Of a stretch of DNA of 64,000 nucleotides, positions 14,100 through 28,104 are shown one piece after another. The notes under the pieces are model-generated. The model worked only from the letters and a program-made list of their open reading frames with translations, was not told the DNA's origin and made no database searches. The position numbers and the translations under genes are program-made. The stretch comes from Octopus vulgaris (lineage: Eukaryota): assembly GCA_951406725.2 (NCBI GenBank), contig OX597828.1, forward strand, positions 29,450,001 through 29,514,000, written 5' to 3'. How positions within the stretch are numbered: position 1 is the stretch's first letter; each line of letters opens with the position of its first letter.

Positions 14100-14450
14100 G
14101 GAGCCGCATTCAGTCCCACTGTGTGGCACTTTGGGCAAATGTCTTCTACAATAGCCTTGGGCCGACCAAGGCCTTGTGAATGGATTTGGTAGACGGAAAC
14201 TGAAAGAAGGCCGTCGTGTATAGGTATATGTATATATATATGTGTGTGTTTGTCCCCCCACCAAATCGCTTGACAACCGATACTGGTGTGTTTACGTCCC
14301 TGTAACTAAGCAGCTCGGCAAAAGAAACCGATAGAATAACTACTAGGCTTACAAAGAATAAGTCCTGGGGTTGATTTCCTCGACTAAAGGCGGTGCTCTA
14401 GCGGTGCTCCAGCATGGCCGCAGTCAAATGACTGAAACAATTAAAAGAGT
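14100..14450 (+). mobile_element. SINE family A, 5'-truncated
   Basis: Core, internal (TA/TG) tract and tail ggcggtgctccagcatggccgcagtcaaatgactgaaac. Confidence 0.85.
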
Positions 14451-15521
14451 AATTAACCCATTATTTATTATTTATTTTTTTGGAGGTGTAGTGTGTGTGC
14501 ATGTGTGTGTGTGTGTGTGTGGGGGGGGTTAAATCCACTGCTCCCTTTTGGTCACCCTATTATTGCCACACCTTTCTTTAAAGTCCTTGTTGATCTTTCC
14601 GCCGCCCACAGAAAGGCAGTACCACCCACTTTGGGAATCACTGGTTTATTCTATCGGCCCCGAAGCGACAACTCACCGGCATTTGAACTTCGAACATAAA
14701 GAGCCTGAATAAATACTACTTAGCCTTTTGTCCGGCGTTGAAGCGGTTTTGCAAGCTGGTCGCCCTACATAGGAAGCATGAGAGAGTACAAGTGTACCAT
14801 AGGAAAAAAAAGTGCTTCGTCGTCGTTACGTGGTGATCATACTGGCTATGCTTAAGGTGTGGCCATTTGTGTGGCGTTGGTGTCTGAGTTCAGTTCTTTT
14901 GACAGCAATGGTGAGTCATTGGATAGTAACGTTGGTTGTTTGTTTGGGGTTCTGTTGACCTGTCTTATTGTTACACTGACTTGAAGACTAAAAGAAACGA
15001 GCACAAAAGAACCTCGCAAAGAACGAAATATCGACGGCAATAAATAAAAAAAACATAAATAACTAAAGAAATAAAGAAAAGAAAAACGACAACAATAATA
15101 TAAGCAAATAAAGTGCTGCTGCAACAACATAACCACCATCAAAATCCCCACCACCACCACCACTCCCACAAACAACAACAACAACAGCCACAACAAATCT
15201 ATGAGGCCTGGCTGTGCGGTTAAGTAGCTCGCTTTGCAACCACATGGTTTCGGGTTCAGTCCCACTGCGTGACACCTTGGACAAGGGGAAAGTGTGTCTT
15301 CCTACAGTCCTGGGATGAGGTGGGGTGATACCAGCGACATTGATAACAACGATTATAGGAGCAGGTGTGGCTGAGTGGTAAGAAGCCTGCTTCCCAATCA
15401 CATGGTACCGCGTTCAGTTCCATAGCGTAACACCTTCAGCAAGAATCTCCTACTCTATCCTCGAGCCGACCAAACCCTTGTGAGTAGATTTGTTAGATGG
15501 AAGCTGAACTAATACCCAACC

Positions 15522-15979
15522 AAGTGTGGCATCCCACACGGGACAGTGCTACTGGGGTTTATAGCCCTAGGAAGACATCTCTTTGAGCTGGCTAACGAAA
15601 CACATTCTGTGTCCGATTCGTATTTGCGAGGGGAGGTCGTCGCTCCCATCCCTAGCTGTACGTGATACACACGGACTCGAGTTTCTGGGTGGTTTTTCTT
15701 CTTTTTCGCGATCAGCGACGGTTCGTCGCTGGAAAAAAACATAGTATTTTGCGAGTGGAGTGAGTTTTCATCACTAGCTGGTGATTAACACACGCTGAGG
15801 ACGGGTAACCACCCAGAAACTCGAGTCCGTGTGTATCACGTAAGGCTAGGGATGGGAACAATGACCTCCCCTCGCAAATGCTAATCAGACACAGAATATG
15901 TGTCGTTAGCCAGCTGGAAGAGATATCTTCCAAGTGCTATAAAATTCAGTAGCACTGTCCTGTATAGGACGCCACATTT
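15522..15979 (+). mobile_element. Hammerhead-bearing GC-rich repeat with an inverted partial copy (fold-back)
   Basis: Arms 15522-15694 and 15807-15979 are reverse complements with scattered mismatches; homologous sequence at 17.7-18.0 kb and 61.6-62.07 kb. Confidence 0.8.
15788..15834 (+). ncRNA. Minimal type I hammerhead ribozyme motif
   Basis: acacacg CTGAGGA cgggt-aacc-accca GAAA ctcgag TC cgtgtgt: 7-bp stem I, canonical core, stem II with a C-A mismatch at the closing pair, palindromic stem III, GUC cleavage triplet. Confidence 0.85.
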
Positions 15980-16193
15980 AGCTGGCAAATATATGTTACG
16001 ATTCCGTATTGCTACTGTTTATATCTCGCTCAGAACAAAAGCGCAATAGAGTACAATAAAACATTCGGACAGTTAGACGATACAAGACGGACAAGAGATG
16101 CAACAATTAGAAGGACAGGCAAAAAAGACGGGTCATTCGTAGCCTTCTTTCCTCAGTCAAGTCACAGAAGTCATGACCGATTCGGGCAGTTAC

Positions 16194-16232
<39 letters not shown>

Positions 16233-16234
16233 AT

Positions 16235-16450
16235 GTACCTCTGTAGCGTGTTTGTACCCCCACCACCACTTCACATCCAGTGTTGGTTTGTTTATGTCTC
16301 CGTAACGTAGCGGTTCGGCGAAAAAGACCGATAGAATATGTACGAAGCTTAAAGAAACTAAGTCCTGGGGTCGATTTGTTCGACTAAAGCCTTGAAGGTG
16401 ATGCTCCAGCATGACCGCAGTCTAATGACTGAAACAAGTAAATAATAAAA
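16235..16450 (+). mobile_element. SINE family A, 3' half
   Basis: cgtaacgtagcggttcggcgaaaaagaccgatagaat...ccagcatgaccgcagtctaatgactgaaac. Confidence 0.8.
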
Positions 16451-16819
16451 GATCAGCAAAGTATGACAAACAACAACTGTAACAACATCACCACGACGGC
16501 AACAACGGTAGAAGGAAACACAGCAGACATAGAATCTGCTAATGAAAATATCAACATGGACAACAAAAACACCGATAACTGCAAAAAAAAACAGCGGTTG
16601 TTAAAACCACAACATAAACTATGCGATAACAGGAATAACAAGAGCACTCAGAGAGCGCAAACCTCCACCATGGCAACACCAACGTCCTCTCAATGATTAA
16701 CCAGAGATGATTTTTGAAATGAGAATATCTGAAATAAACTCGAATGCTCTCACAAACGAAAATGCTAAAAATGAAACCGATCGCTCTGAAAAGAAGAAAA
16801 AAAAAAACAAGAAAAATAT

Positions 16820-17005
16820 ATTCCACAATCTTTGTTCGATACCGGATCGATCCTAAAATCTAACCAGTTCGTGCTAGTCACGAGGCCGAACATCCCTGAA
16901 AGTTTCATCCGAATCCATTAAGCGGTTCTTGAGATATCTTGTCCTCGGATACACAAACAAGCAAACACATTTGGAAACAATGCGTCCGCTTTCGCTAAGG
17001 TAATA
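16820..17005 (-). mobile_element. Fragment of a DINE/Helentron-associated (HINE-like) non-autonomous element
   Basis: ttattacc start, gtttg microsatellite remnant, ggattcggatgaaacttt motif resembling the interior of the 6.9-kb Helitron. Confidence 0.45.
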
Positions 17006-17784
17006 AATATAAAAAAAAAAAAATAAAAAAAAAACGAAAGACAACGACGGTAATACAGCGGCGATATTAAGAACAAAAGCATGGGAAAGCATTAAACTGC
17101 AATATTAAGTTAATCATCAATGATGTTAACTAAAAACAAAGCAAAGCAAAAAGAACCGCAACATCAGAAGAAACATTAAAACGAAGTCATAACATCAGCG
17201 ACAACAGCTGCAACATTCAATATAAATAAAATGCCATTAATTCTAACAACAGAAATTACCAACAAGAAAGCATTAACGACAACAACAACAACAACAACAA
17301 CAACAACGCAGTGGCTTGATAAGCTAGAAATAACAGTCGAACTTTTTTTAATATATCTTATATTTTTAAATAAAGATATTTTGGGTCACGTCATTCAAGA
17401 TATTCCTCAAGTGGCGGGATGGTCGCGGCTAGAATGTCTTTGATCTTGGATCAGCTCAGTCAGACTTTCTATTATAGGCACGAGACCTAAATTTTGAAAT
17501 AGGTGGTCAGTTGGTTCGATCGAAAAGGGATGAAAGGCAAAATTGACCTCGGCGGAATTCGAACTCAGGTTGATGAAATGTCGGTAAGCATCCCTTTTAG
17601 GGTCGATAAAATAAGTACCAGTGAAACACTGGGGTCGATGTTATTGATTTCCTTTCTTCCCCGAACTTTCTGGTATCGTACCAAAATTTATAACCAACAA
17701 CAAGGATGACCAGTGAATAAATTTCACTGTAAATTGATATATTTGCAAAGGCTTGGTAAGTATCATCGCTAGCGGGGACACGCT

Positions 17785-17829
17785 ACCTTGAACTGATGAC
17801 AGGCAATACCCAGAAACATGCATTTAGGT
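17785..17829 (+). ncRNA. Degenerate hammerhead motif, same family as 15.8 kb
   Basis: accttgaa CTGATGA caggcaataccca GAAA catg CA tttaggt; palindromic stem III; cleavage-site U mutated to C. Confidence 0.55.
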
Positions 17830-18736
17830 TGCTAGTCCTAGCTTGTGGCGGTGCTTGCCTCCCCTTTGCAAATATAAGGACACAGGAAATGTGTCAAAGC
17901 CGACAGGAAGCGTTGATGCTTCCTAGGGCTATATAGCGGTGGTGTAATTCCCTCTACGGGACTGTCACGTTATGTTGACTTTATACAACCACTCAATAAC
18001 GATTTCTTTTATTTTAAATCATAAAGGTTTCTTTTATTTTCTTAAGGTCTCTATTATTGCGTCTAATTAAAGAATTTGGATTTAGGCACACGGCCAGTAA
18101 TGATGAGGGAAGAGGGAGAATCGCTATCACCTACTTCTAGTATTTCACTGGTACTCTATTTGATCAACCCCCTAAAAGGTGAAAGGCAAAGTTGATCTTG
18201 GCGGAATTTGAACTCAGAATGTACAAATATCGCAAAACATTTTCTCCGACACGCTGAAGATTCTACCGGCTCGCTGTCTTATTGTGTCTAAATTATTCTT
18301 TCTGACTTTTGGTACAGAGCAAGAAATTTTGAGGGAAAGGGGAAATCCAGTATATGGACTCCAGTGTTCAATTGGTACTTATTTTATCGACCTATAAAGG
18401 CAAAGTTGACCTCGGCCTCATTTAACAAAGAAATACATCAGCTGCAGGCGAAAATTGCCCAGTAATACGTTAGCATTGCTAAGTCCTGATTTCAGCTTTT
18501 CACCTTCATCAGAAGCAAACAACCACTGGCACCAGCATGCTAGGTGAAAATTGGCTGATAATTGAAGTAGTAAACAGTGACTGAAAAAGTCAACGATGTC
18601 TCATTTAGAAAGCAAGCTGAATAGAAATTCATTATTACTGACAGGTTTTCTTAACACTATAGATGCTTTCCCGAAACAAATACCGCAGTATAGAAGGCTT
18701 TCAACAGTGTATGCTTCAAGTATATGCAGATCACTC

Positions 18737-19250
<514 letters not shown>

Positions 19251-19924
19251 CCAGAAAACTGGATGAGCAATACGTAATTTCAACTATGAACATGTGTCCC
19301 GGTACATACATTACTGTGTCGGTTGGTTTTATAATGAATAATAGGAAAAAGGAAGGATTAAAAAAAAAAAAACTACACCAGAGAATGCCATTGTTTTAGA
19401 AATTTGTTTTGCTGTGTTTGTTCGTTTGTAGCGATAGAATCGGGGTAAATTCTATTCTGAATAGATTCTTGAAGCAAATTGAGATAACGGAGCAGAGCGT
19501 CATCCTTTTAGCTGTAACTAAGCAAAAGAACAAGAGAAAAGCGGATGAAAAGCAAAAAAGAAAATAAGACGAGAGACCGCTACTTTCTCTCGCAGGTACC
19601 ATTGTAAGGATAAATTAAAAAAAGGGGTTTTGTAGAAGGAATCTCTTCTTTTGTCATAAGGTCAATAAAACAGGTTAATAGCAAGCTGTATGTACGTACA
19701 TGTGTGTGTGTGTGTGCGTATGTGTGCGTTTGTGTGTGTTTATGTATGAATGCGTGTATACGTGTTTATACAAACATATATATATATATATGTGTGTGTG
19801 TGTGTATGTATATTTGCATAATCACCGAACTTGGAACTCAACTATGGTCTATCTATAGCACTTATTCAGCATTACCTGACACCTTTGGGTCTCACTGACA
19901 CCATTATCTCTCATAACCTCTCTT

Positions 19925-20004
<80 letters not shown>

Positions 20005-20005
<1 letters not shown>

Positions 20006-20225
20006 TATTTAAAGCAGCAGAAAATTCAAGAGAACCTGTTACTCTGAGTTTCACGTTCCCGTTCGTCGGACAGTTGCAAAAACTGTCCGACGAACGGGAA
20101 CGTGAAACTCCGAGTAACAGGTTTTGTTGAATTTTTCTGATGCTTTAAATAAAGCATATTACTCTACCACTGGTATTTGAGTACTCTTTTTTCCACCTTG
20201 TTTCACATTTATGTGTTTACTCCGG
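20005..20225 (+). mobile_element. (TA)n-embedded fold-back element, probably a Penelope-like terminal remnant
   Basis: Inverted arms 20005-20075 and 20081-20152 around a 5-nt loop; hammerhead motif at the turn; AATAAA downstream; (TA)n on both sides. Confidence 0.7.
20083..20120 (+). ncRNA. Minimal type I hammerhead motif, U4C core variant; mirrored on the minus strand at 20036-20073
   Basis: ctgt CCGACGA acg-ggaa-cgt GAAA ct-ccg-ag TA acag. Confidence 0.7.
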
Positions 20226-20597
20226 TATATATATATATATATGTATATATGTATAAACACACACATATGCATAGTACTATTCTTCGTCGATTGATTCCAC
20301 CTCTACGTATAAACAAACATTTGCGTGTATGTGTATATGGGTGTGCGCATGTGTGCATATTTCTATGTGTTCGTGTGTTTTGTGTGTGCGACGTGTGTGC
20401 ATGTGTGTACGTTGTGTTCCGAATATATACGACAAATAACCTATTCTGTACGGAATTCTTCCACGTAGGCGTACAGCTTAAACGGATTCCCTCACTGACA
20501 ATTATATAATAGGCTTGCGACTAAGAGACAGGATCTCTGTTGTATGAGCGCTCACATGCGCACCAGTGTGAATGTGAATGCGTGTGTGTGTGTGCGT

Positions 20598-20628
<31 letters not shown>

Positions 20629-21398
20629 CGTACGATTTAGGCAAGACATGTAAATACGTCAGGGCAATGAATACATTGAAAAGAATGGACTTTAAGACCT
20701 TGTTTATGTGTTTCTGTTTTTCTCTCTCTTTTTTTTTTTCTTGTCTTCGAAAATGTGTTTGTAAATTGTAATTAGTGTATTCATCATGCATCCTAATTAG
20801 TCAGAAGTTATTATTTAACCGATTCTCTGCCCATTTCCCACATTATAACATGACGTCTTACTTTTTACAGAATTGGAACATTGCACTCTAAATGTCGCCA
20901 AGAATCTGACACCAAACTCCTTCTTTCTCCCTCCCTCCCTCTCTCTCTCCTTCTCTTCTGTCTCTCTCCTCCCTCTTCTGTCTCTCTCCTCCCTCTCTTT
21001 CTCTTCCCTCTCTCTTTCTCTTCCCTCTTTTCATCCCAGTTTGAACGGAACTTTCTACAATATTTACATTCAATAAATTAAACTCGGACAAACTTACACA
21101 AACGATACAACGACACACCCACGCCCACGCCTGCCCGAGCCACACAAACGCCAATATAAACATATCTGTGTATTTAACGCATCATCTATCTATCTGAAAT
21201 TCTCTCCCCACTCTCGTTGTGTATATATATATTCTTTATTTTCTCTATTTTCTCTCCTTGTTCCTTTCTGTGTTCCTTTCTGTGGAAGAGCGTAGGCACG
21301 AAATGTTAAAGATTTTTTCCCTTCCCAAGTATTATATTAATACATCTGTTTGTTGTCTACGCCACCTGTCTTCGTCGTTTGTTTATTTTGTGAATTCT

Positions 21399-21457
<59 letters not shown>

Positions 21458-21693
21458 TATATATGGCTAATAGGTTAAATGGGACATACCTGTCTTCACG
21501 GCCGAAACAGCTGTCTGCTACAATGTAATTGTATTTTCTATTTCTATTTCTATGTCTAGTTATATTTGTAATATATTATGTATAATGTCTTTGCTGTTGT
21601 GTAATGGTTTAATAAAGTATTGATTGGGTATTATCTGATAGTTGATGATTGATTTAGGTATGTTTCTCCATTTTCTCATTTTGTATATATAAA

Positions 21694-21729
<36 letters not shown>

Positions 21730-21737
21730 TTTATATA

Positions 21738-22650
21738 TTGGGTCATCCCATAAATAATGCGATTTTTATACTTTTATTTTTCAAAATTAAGATAAACAAA
21801 TCCTTTTTTTAATCTACAATATATTCTCCTTAATTTTTTTTACAATGCTCTTCCATCTAACTGGTAGACTTGTAAGGCCCATCTTCCAAAATTCACTTGT
21901 CCGTGACAAAAAAATACTCCTCCAGTACTGTTCTGATTTCGTCTACAGAATTCATATTTTTCCGTCCAAATGATTTTGAAGACTGCCGAATAAATGATAA
22001 TCAGACGGGGCAATGTCTGGCGAATATGGTGGGTGGTTCATCGTTTCCCATTCAAATTGTTCCAGCCTTTGGAATGTCATCCTCACTGTATGAGGCCAAG
22101 CGTTATCCTGATGGAAGAACACCTTTCGTCTTGAAACTAAACATGGACCTTTTTCTTCTAACGCTGGCTTAAGCCGCTCAAGCTGCTCGCAGTAGATCTC
22201 CCTTGTTATCATTTGGTTTGGATTTAAAAGTTCAAAGTGGACTAAACCCTTCATATCCCACCAAGCAGATAACAACACGTTATGTGAGTGAAGTCCTTCT
22301 TTATAGCCTGAGGTGCAGGTGTTTTTCCTTTCCCTACCCACTGACTTCGGCGCTTAACATTTTTCTAGAGGACCCATTTCTCGTCACCAGTCACTATTCA
22401 GTCCAAAAACGGGTCATTCGTGAAACGTGACAGCAAAGAAGAGCACACATTCACTCTCTGCGCGCGATTAGACTCATTTTGCTAACTTTTCCGATGCCAC
22501 GCAGGTGTCGATGAATAGTTGAATGACCAAATCTAAGCTTCTCTGCTGATTCCTCGACAGTTACAATGTAATTTTGCTCCACCAGGGTTTACAGGACGTC
22601 ATCGTCGAGCTTTACAGACCTTCCAGGACGAGGCTTGTCTTCTTGGCTAG
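21738..22650 (-). mobile_element. Decayed mariner (Tc1/mariner) transposon, 5' part lost
   Basis: TA followed by TIR ttgggtcatcccataaataatgcg; peptide with WWDMKGLVHFELL, HQDNAWPH and HPPYSPDIAPSDYHLF (mariner YSPDLAP motif); frameshifted. Confidence 0.92.
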
Positions 22651-22651
22651 T

Positions 22652-22918
22652 CTTTCACTGAACCGCTAAGTTACAGGGATATAAGCACACCAACATCGGT
22701 TGTCAAGCGGTGGTGGGATGGGGGACGCAGACACAAAAACATATATATATATATATATATACGACGGGCTTCTTTCAGTTTCCGTCTACCAAATACTCTC
22801 ACAAGGGTTTGGTCGGCCCGAGGCTATAGTAGAAGACACTTGCCCAACGTGCCACGCAGTGGGACTGAACGTAGAACCATATAGTTAGGAAGCAAGCTAC
22901 TTACCACACAGCCACTCT
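22652..22918 (-). mobile_element. SINE family A abutting the truncated mariner
   Basis: Reverse complement of family A head and core (gacacttgcccaa...cttaccacacagccact). Confidence 0.85.
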
Positions 22919-25900
22919 ATATGTTCAAAATTTATATAGAAGGGATGCTGCAGCATGGCCGGAATCTAATGACTGAAACAAGTAAAACATAAAAGATGAA
23001 AAAAGTACAAACAAATGGCAGAAACGGAAAAGACAGACATAGAAAGTCGCTGCATCCTCATCCGCCATCGTTTGGAAGATCGTAACGGTGTAAATATTTC
23101 TTCTGATTGTATAATGTATTGAGAGTTGTGCAAAGAGTTGGTTAGTTCTCTGGATAAGCACCTCCATAAAGACACGCACATGCAAGCACTCTCTCACTCA
23201 CCCCACCCCCACACACAACGGGCTTCCACATCGTTTCCGTCTACCAACTTCACTCTAAAGACGTTGGTTGGCCCAGAGCTATAGTACAAGCCACTTGGCC
23301 ACGGCACCGCGCTCTAGGACTGAACGCGAGACCACATGGTTGCTAAGTGTGCTTCTTAACCCCCCAACCATGCCCAACCAAAAATCAGGAGGATTCCAGC
23401 TACAATCATTGCATTCTTTTATGCAGAAACATTGTAGCTAACTTTTATCTGATATATCCTTTCCATTTTTAAAGACGGCATCCTGCTAATTTGAGGAAGA
23501 TTTGGCTGTTATCTCTTGTAGATCATGTGATTCGGACAGTATTGATTTGTCCGTCTTTCCAATGAAATGCGTTTCAGTAGTTCAATATATTCTTGTGGGT
23601 GAGCCTTGATGTAACCAATTATACTCGCCTTCTCATTTATTTCAACAATCGGTGCCAATGAATAAGCAAGTAGATAAATAAAATAAAATGAATAGAAATA
23701 AATAAATAAATAAATGAATAAATAAATATATTTTCAAGACAATTATTAAAATATCAATTAGTTCATTGATTCTTCTGAGACTAATTTTGTTTCGCATCTC
23801 GTTCTTATTTTCTTGGATATTTGACAAATATCAAGCTTTATTCAAAATCAATATACAAGGCCGATCTCTCTCGTGTCTTTATATATATATATATATGAAT
23901 TAGTGTGTGTGTATGAGTGTTTTGTTTGTTAAACTAATGAAATATAAAGAAGACTAATGCTTTAATGCAGGAAGAAATAAAGAAATGTCATTTTTAAAAT
24001 AAAAAAAAACAACCTTCTGAACCGGTTTTTCGAAGGGATAAAACAAGCATAGATATTATGACGATGATGATGACCTTATTGTTGTTGTAGCAGATCAGTC
24101 CTGGTCTTAAAGACATTTGATGAAAGGTGTCTCTATCGCATCTTTTATTTCGGTAAAGTAGTTCAAGGACTGTGTGTATTGACCATTATTTTTAAAGAAG
24201 GCAGAGTTAGATTTGAGCGAAATAGGGTTACTACTTTTAGCACCAATGACCTGGCAGGAGAAGCTCTATTTTTACTAAGTAATAAAGGTCGGTGAGCTGG
24301 TAGAAACCGTCAGCATGTCAGACAAAATGTTTATCAGAATTTCTTCCGGCTCATTATGTTCGGTGTTCAAATTTCGTCGTGGCCTTCTTTGCCTGTCAAT
24401 CTTTTCGGTGTCAATAAAAAAAAAAGGTACCAGTTGAACAATGGTGCCAGTGTAACCGACTTCCTCTCTCTCCTCTCAAAATTGCCGTGACTTGGTGTCA
24501 AAATTGAAAATTATCATTACTGTGTAATGTTTCTAATATCGGCTTCCTTTCAATGTACACAAGATTTTAATCTTTTATACAAATAAGGGCTAACGGGTTA
24601 TCAGGCATTTCTCAAGGGCAATAGCAACAGGCGCTAGGTGGCTTACTTTTAAAATAAATGGCTTGTCCTGAAATCAGATTCTACTTTATTGTGCTCTTCT
24701 GAGACATTTTATTGTATCATGAAACAACTAGTGAATGTCACCGTGATCGCTCGTTCTGATACAAATTGCGACCAAATTTCCTTTAAATTATACTCTGCCA
24801 TCGTAAAAAAATAGATGGGCAGACTGGATTATAAAGACTTAAAATATTCAAAAGCTTTGGGTGGTCATGGTGGGAATTTCTTTAATCATAGGTCATTAAA
24901 AACACAATATATGCATTATTACAAGGGTAGAAACACAAGAGCCCCGAAATAAAAAGATGCGTGGCAGTGAAGTAATTATACAGTCTAGTTTCTATAAGTT
25001 CCATAAATACAGTTCTGGACTTCATAACTTCAATCATTCAGACACTGATAAATTATATACCAGTGACATAATGCGGTCCAGAGAATTGACTACAGGCCTA
25101 CATTAGGAAAATTCAAGTTTCCTAATTTAATCAAAAGAAATCGATATTTATGACTTTATAGAAGATAACGTGTTCAATTAGATTTAGCAAACCAGTTATT
25201 TTCATAACAAATGTCGAAAGAATCAAAATAATGAATGGTGTATAAGAAGTTGAATGGAAAGTCTTATCAACAATGAAACTAAAACATTTTAATTGCCTGT
25301 ATTCATTTCATTCTACACATTACCTCACACTTTATCTACTCTCTCCATTATTAACTGATATTGTTGTAAATTGTGAAATGCGTTTTAACAGAATAACAGA
25401 GATTGGCAAGTCTTATGCCAGATAATAACTTTGATAGTTTACATAGAAATATTTCCGTTGTTTTACGTTGTGAGTCTAGATCTAAGCGGTGTAGATGGTG
25501 GAGGAGTTTTCCTCATAGCTTTTCACTCCTGAAGGGCCAATAAAATGAGAACCAGTTATCGTTGCTGACCTCTGACTGTAAAAACTTATAACTGAAAGCC
25601 TTCCAGCCGTGAACATTCTATCTTTTCTTCTGATGTATTATTTCTAAGACAGTATTACTTTTTTGAAGCCAGGAGGATATGATGAAAGAAAAACAAAATG
25701 ACTGTTATTTCTAGTATGACGAGTTACTACGCAGAAGTTTTTTCTTTGTCTTGTGCAGGACTGATTGAACCAGTTATACAACCCACAGAAGATTGTAAGC
25801 TGGCGGCCATATTACACATCACCATTATAATCTATGAAAATGACAGAGTGAGCAAAGGGCCTTCGAAATACCTTACGGTGTTTAGGTCCTCATTACTTTA

Positions 25901-26144
25901 CAGTCTGAGTCCAAATAGCACCAAGTTTAGCTTTGTACTTTTATAGGCGATGGTGGGGGTGGGGGGAAACTAGTCAGTAACCTCGGCGAACTACTTGACT
26001 GGTACTTTATTTCATCAGCTCAGAAACGAGGAAAAGCAAAACTGACCTCGGCGGGATTTGAACTCAGAACATTAGGAGCCAGAAGAAATTACAGCTGAGC
26101 AGATTTTCTCGAAGCTCTAACGGACAAAAAAAAGTTATAAATAT

Positions 26145-26295
26145 TTATTTCTTTATTGCCCTCAGGGGTCTAAACATAGAGGAGACAAACAAGGACAGAC
26201 AAAGGGATTAAGCCGATTACATCGACCTCAGTACGTAACGGGTACTTAATTTATCGACCCCGAAAGGCAAAGTCAACCTCGGTGGAATTTGAACT
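26145..26295 (-). mobile_element. SINE family B, 3' part
   Basis: tatttctttattgccc...gacaaacaaggacagacaaagggattaag. Confidence 0.8.
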
Positions 26296-26318
26296 GTATG
26301 TATGTATGTATGTATGTA

Positions 26319-26367
<49 letters not shown>

Positions 26368-26754
26368 ATGTATGTGTGTATGTATGTTATCGCAAAGTAT
26401 TTTGTCTTCTGTTCTAAAGATTCTATAAATAATATAACTGAAAAATCTGGTGTAAAAATAACAGCGCAGTATTTATTTCGGAGTTATATACTGCAGGCAA
26501 TCTCGGTTGCTTTTAAATAGGTGAATGAATGATAAATTATCTTGTCAATAATCAGAGACAACACCATTTGCTATCGCTCTCTATCTCTTCACTCTTAGAC
26601 AAAGGGTGAGGATCTAAAAATGCTAGATACTTATCTGAATTCTTACTTATCTGAATTCATCGAATGAAATGTTTAAGTATACAATTGTATAAACTAGTAT
26701 TAGAAGTTTACCCACTACTGTTCTCTCCAAATGTATCTAGGTATGCACGTCGAC

Positions 26755-27062
<308 letters not shown>

Positions 27063-27407
27063 CCTCTAGCTATTTATATAAAGCAGGTATCTTGCTTAGG
27101 CTACTTATTTTTATGTATCGACGTAACTACTAGCAAAAACAGACAGCTTGTTACCTTCCTAACGTAATCCTGTGGGAAATGAAGAATGTGGCAGAGGACG
27201 TGGGAAATGAAGGTTGAAGGACAGAGGGCGGCGTGCCACTGATAATGAGCCTTGGTTATCGACCCCGAAAGGATGGAAGGCAAAGTAAATATTGGTCGAA
27301 TTTGAACTCAGCGTACATAAGCCAGGACAAATATCGCGAAACTTATTATCGAACTCTCATAGCTGTATATCAATCAATTAATCAATATATATATATATAA
27401 ATATATA

Positions 27408-27663
27408 TCACGTGATCACGTGACCGACCAGTCCATCAGATGTAGTTACACATCGCTGGTCACAATGCGTTCGCATTGTTTTAGCATTCGAATGACGCCA
27501 CCCCGCTGGCTAAGCGAGCAGGCCAACAGAAGAAAGAGTGGTGAAAGAGTACAGCAGGGATCACCCCCCCTGCTGGAGCCTCGTGGAGCTTTTAGGTGCT
27601 TTCGCTCAAACCGCGATCCTACGACCGCGAGTCCGCTGCCCTAACCACTGGGCCATTGCGCCT
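27408..27663 (-). mobile_element. SINE family C variant with internal deletion and a different 3' half
   Basis: Head identical to 46785 (ggcgcaatggcccagtggttagggcagcggactcgcgg) but 3' region unrelated to the other copies. Confidence 0.8.
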
Positions 27664-27664
27664 C

Positions 27665-27720
<56 letters not shown>

Positions 27721-27945
27721 AATGCTTGTATGTATATATTTTTTTATCAAAAGTGCCCTTATTGACCTCCAAAACTGTTGAAAAATGCATAATTAATATA
27801 AAGAACCCCAATCATTGTTTAGATTTTCCTCCATTCTCCTTCTCTCTCCCTCTCCCTTCTATTCTTCTTTGTTCTACGCACCATCTCATTGCCTGAACAT
27901 TATCACTTTCTCTTTTATAATCTTTTTCCTTTTCCCACGGCTTAC

Positions 27946-28104
27946 AGTGTTGTTTTTTTTCCAATGTTTTGTAATCTTTTTTCTTTATTCTTCCACCGTT
28001 TCCCAGTAGATTTTCTGGTTGTTTAGCTCTGCCTTTATACATATCCCACGGTGTCAGATACGGCCCATTGAAACTTCGATTTTCTTCCAATTTAGGTTCT
28101 TCAT
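27946..28104 (-). CDS. Candidate internal coding exon, 159 nt, phase 1-1 (xEEPKLEENRSFNGPYLTPWDMYKGRAKQPENLLGNGGRIKKKDYKTLEKKQH)
   Basis: Acceptor ctgttttaag, donor GTAAGC, length divisible by 3, open frame, non-repetitive; no homology recognised. Confidence 0.45.

Noticed and set aside
21952-22341. Possible functional transposase or SETMAR-like gene
   Set aside because: Frameshifted and truncated, with a TIR present; it is a dead mariner copy
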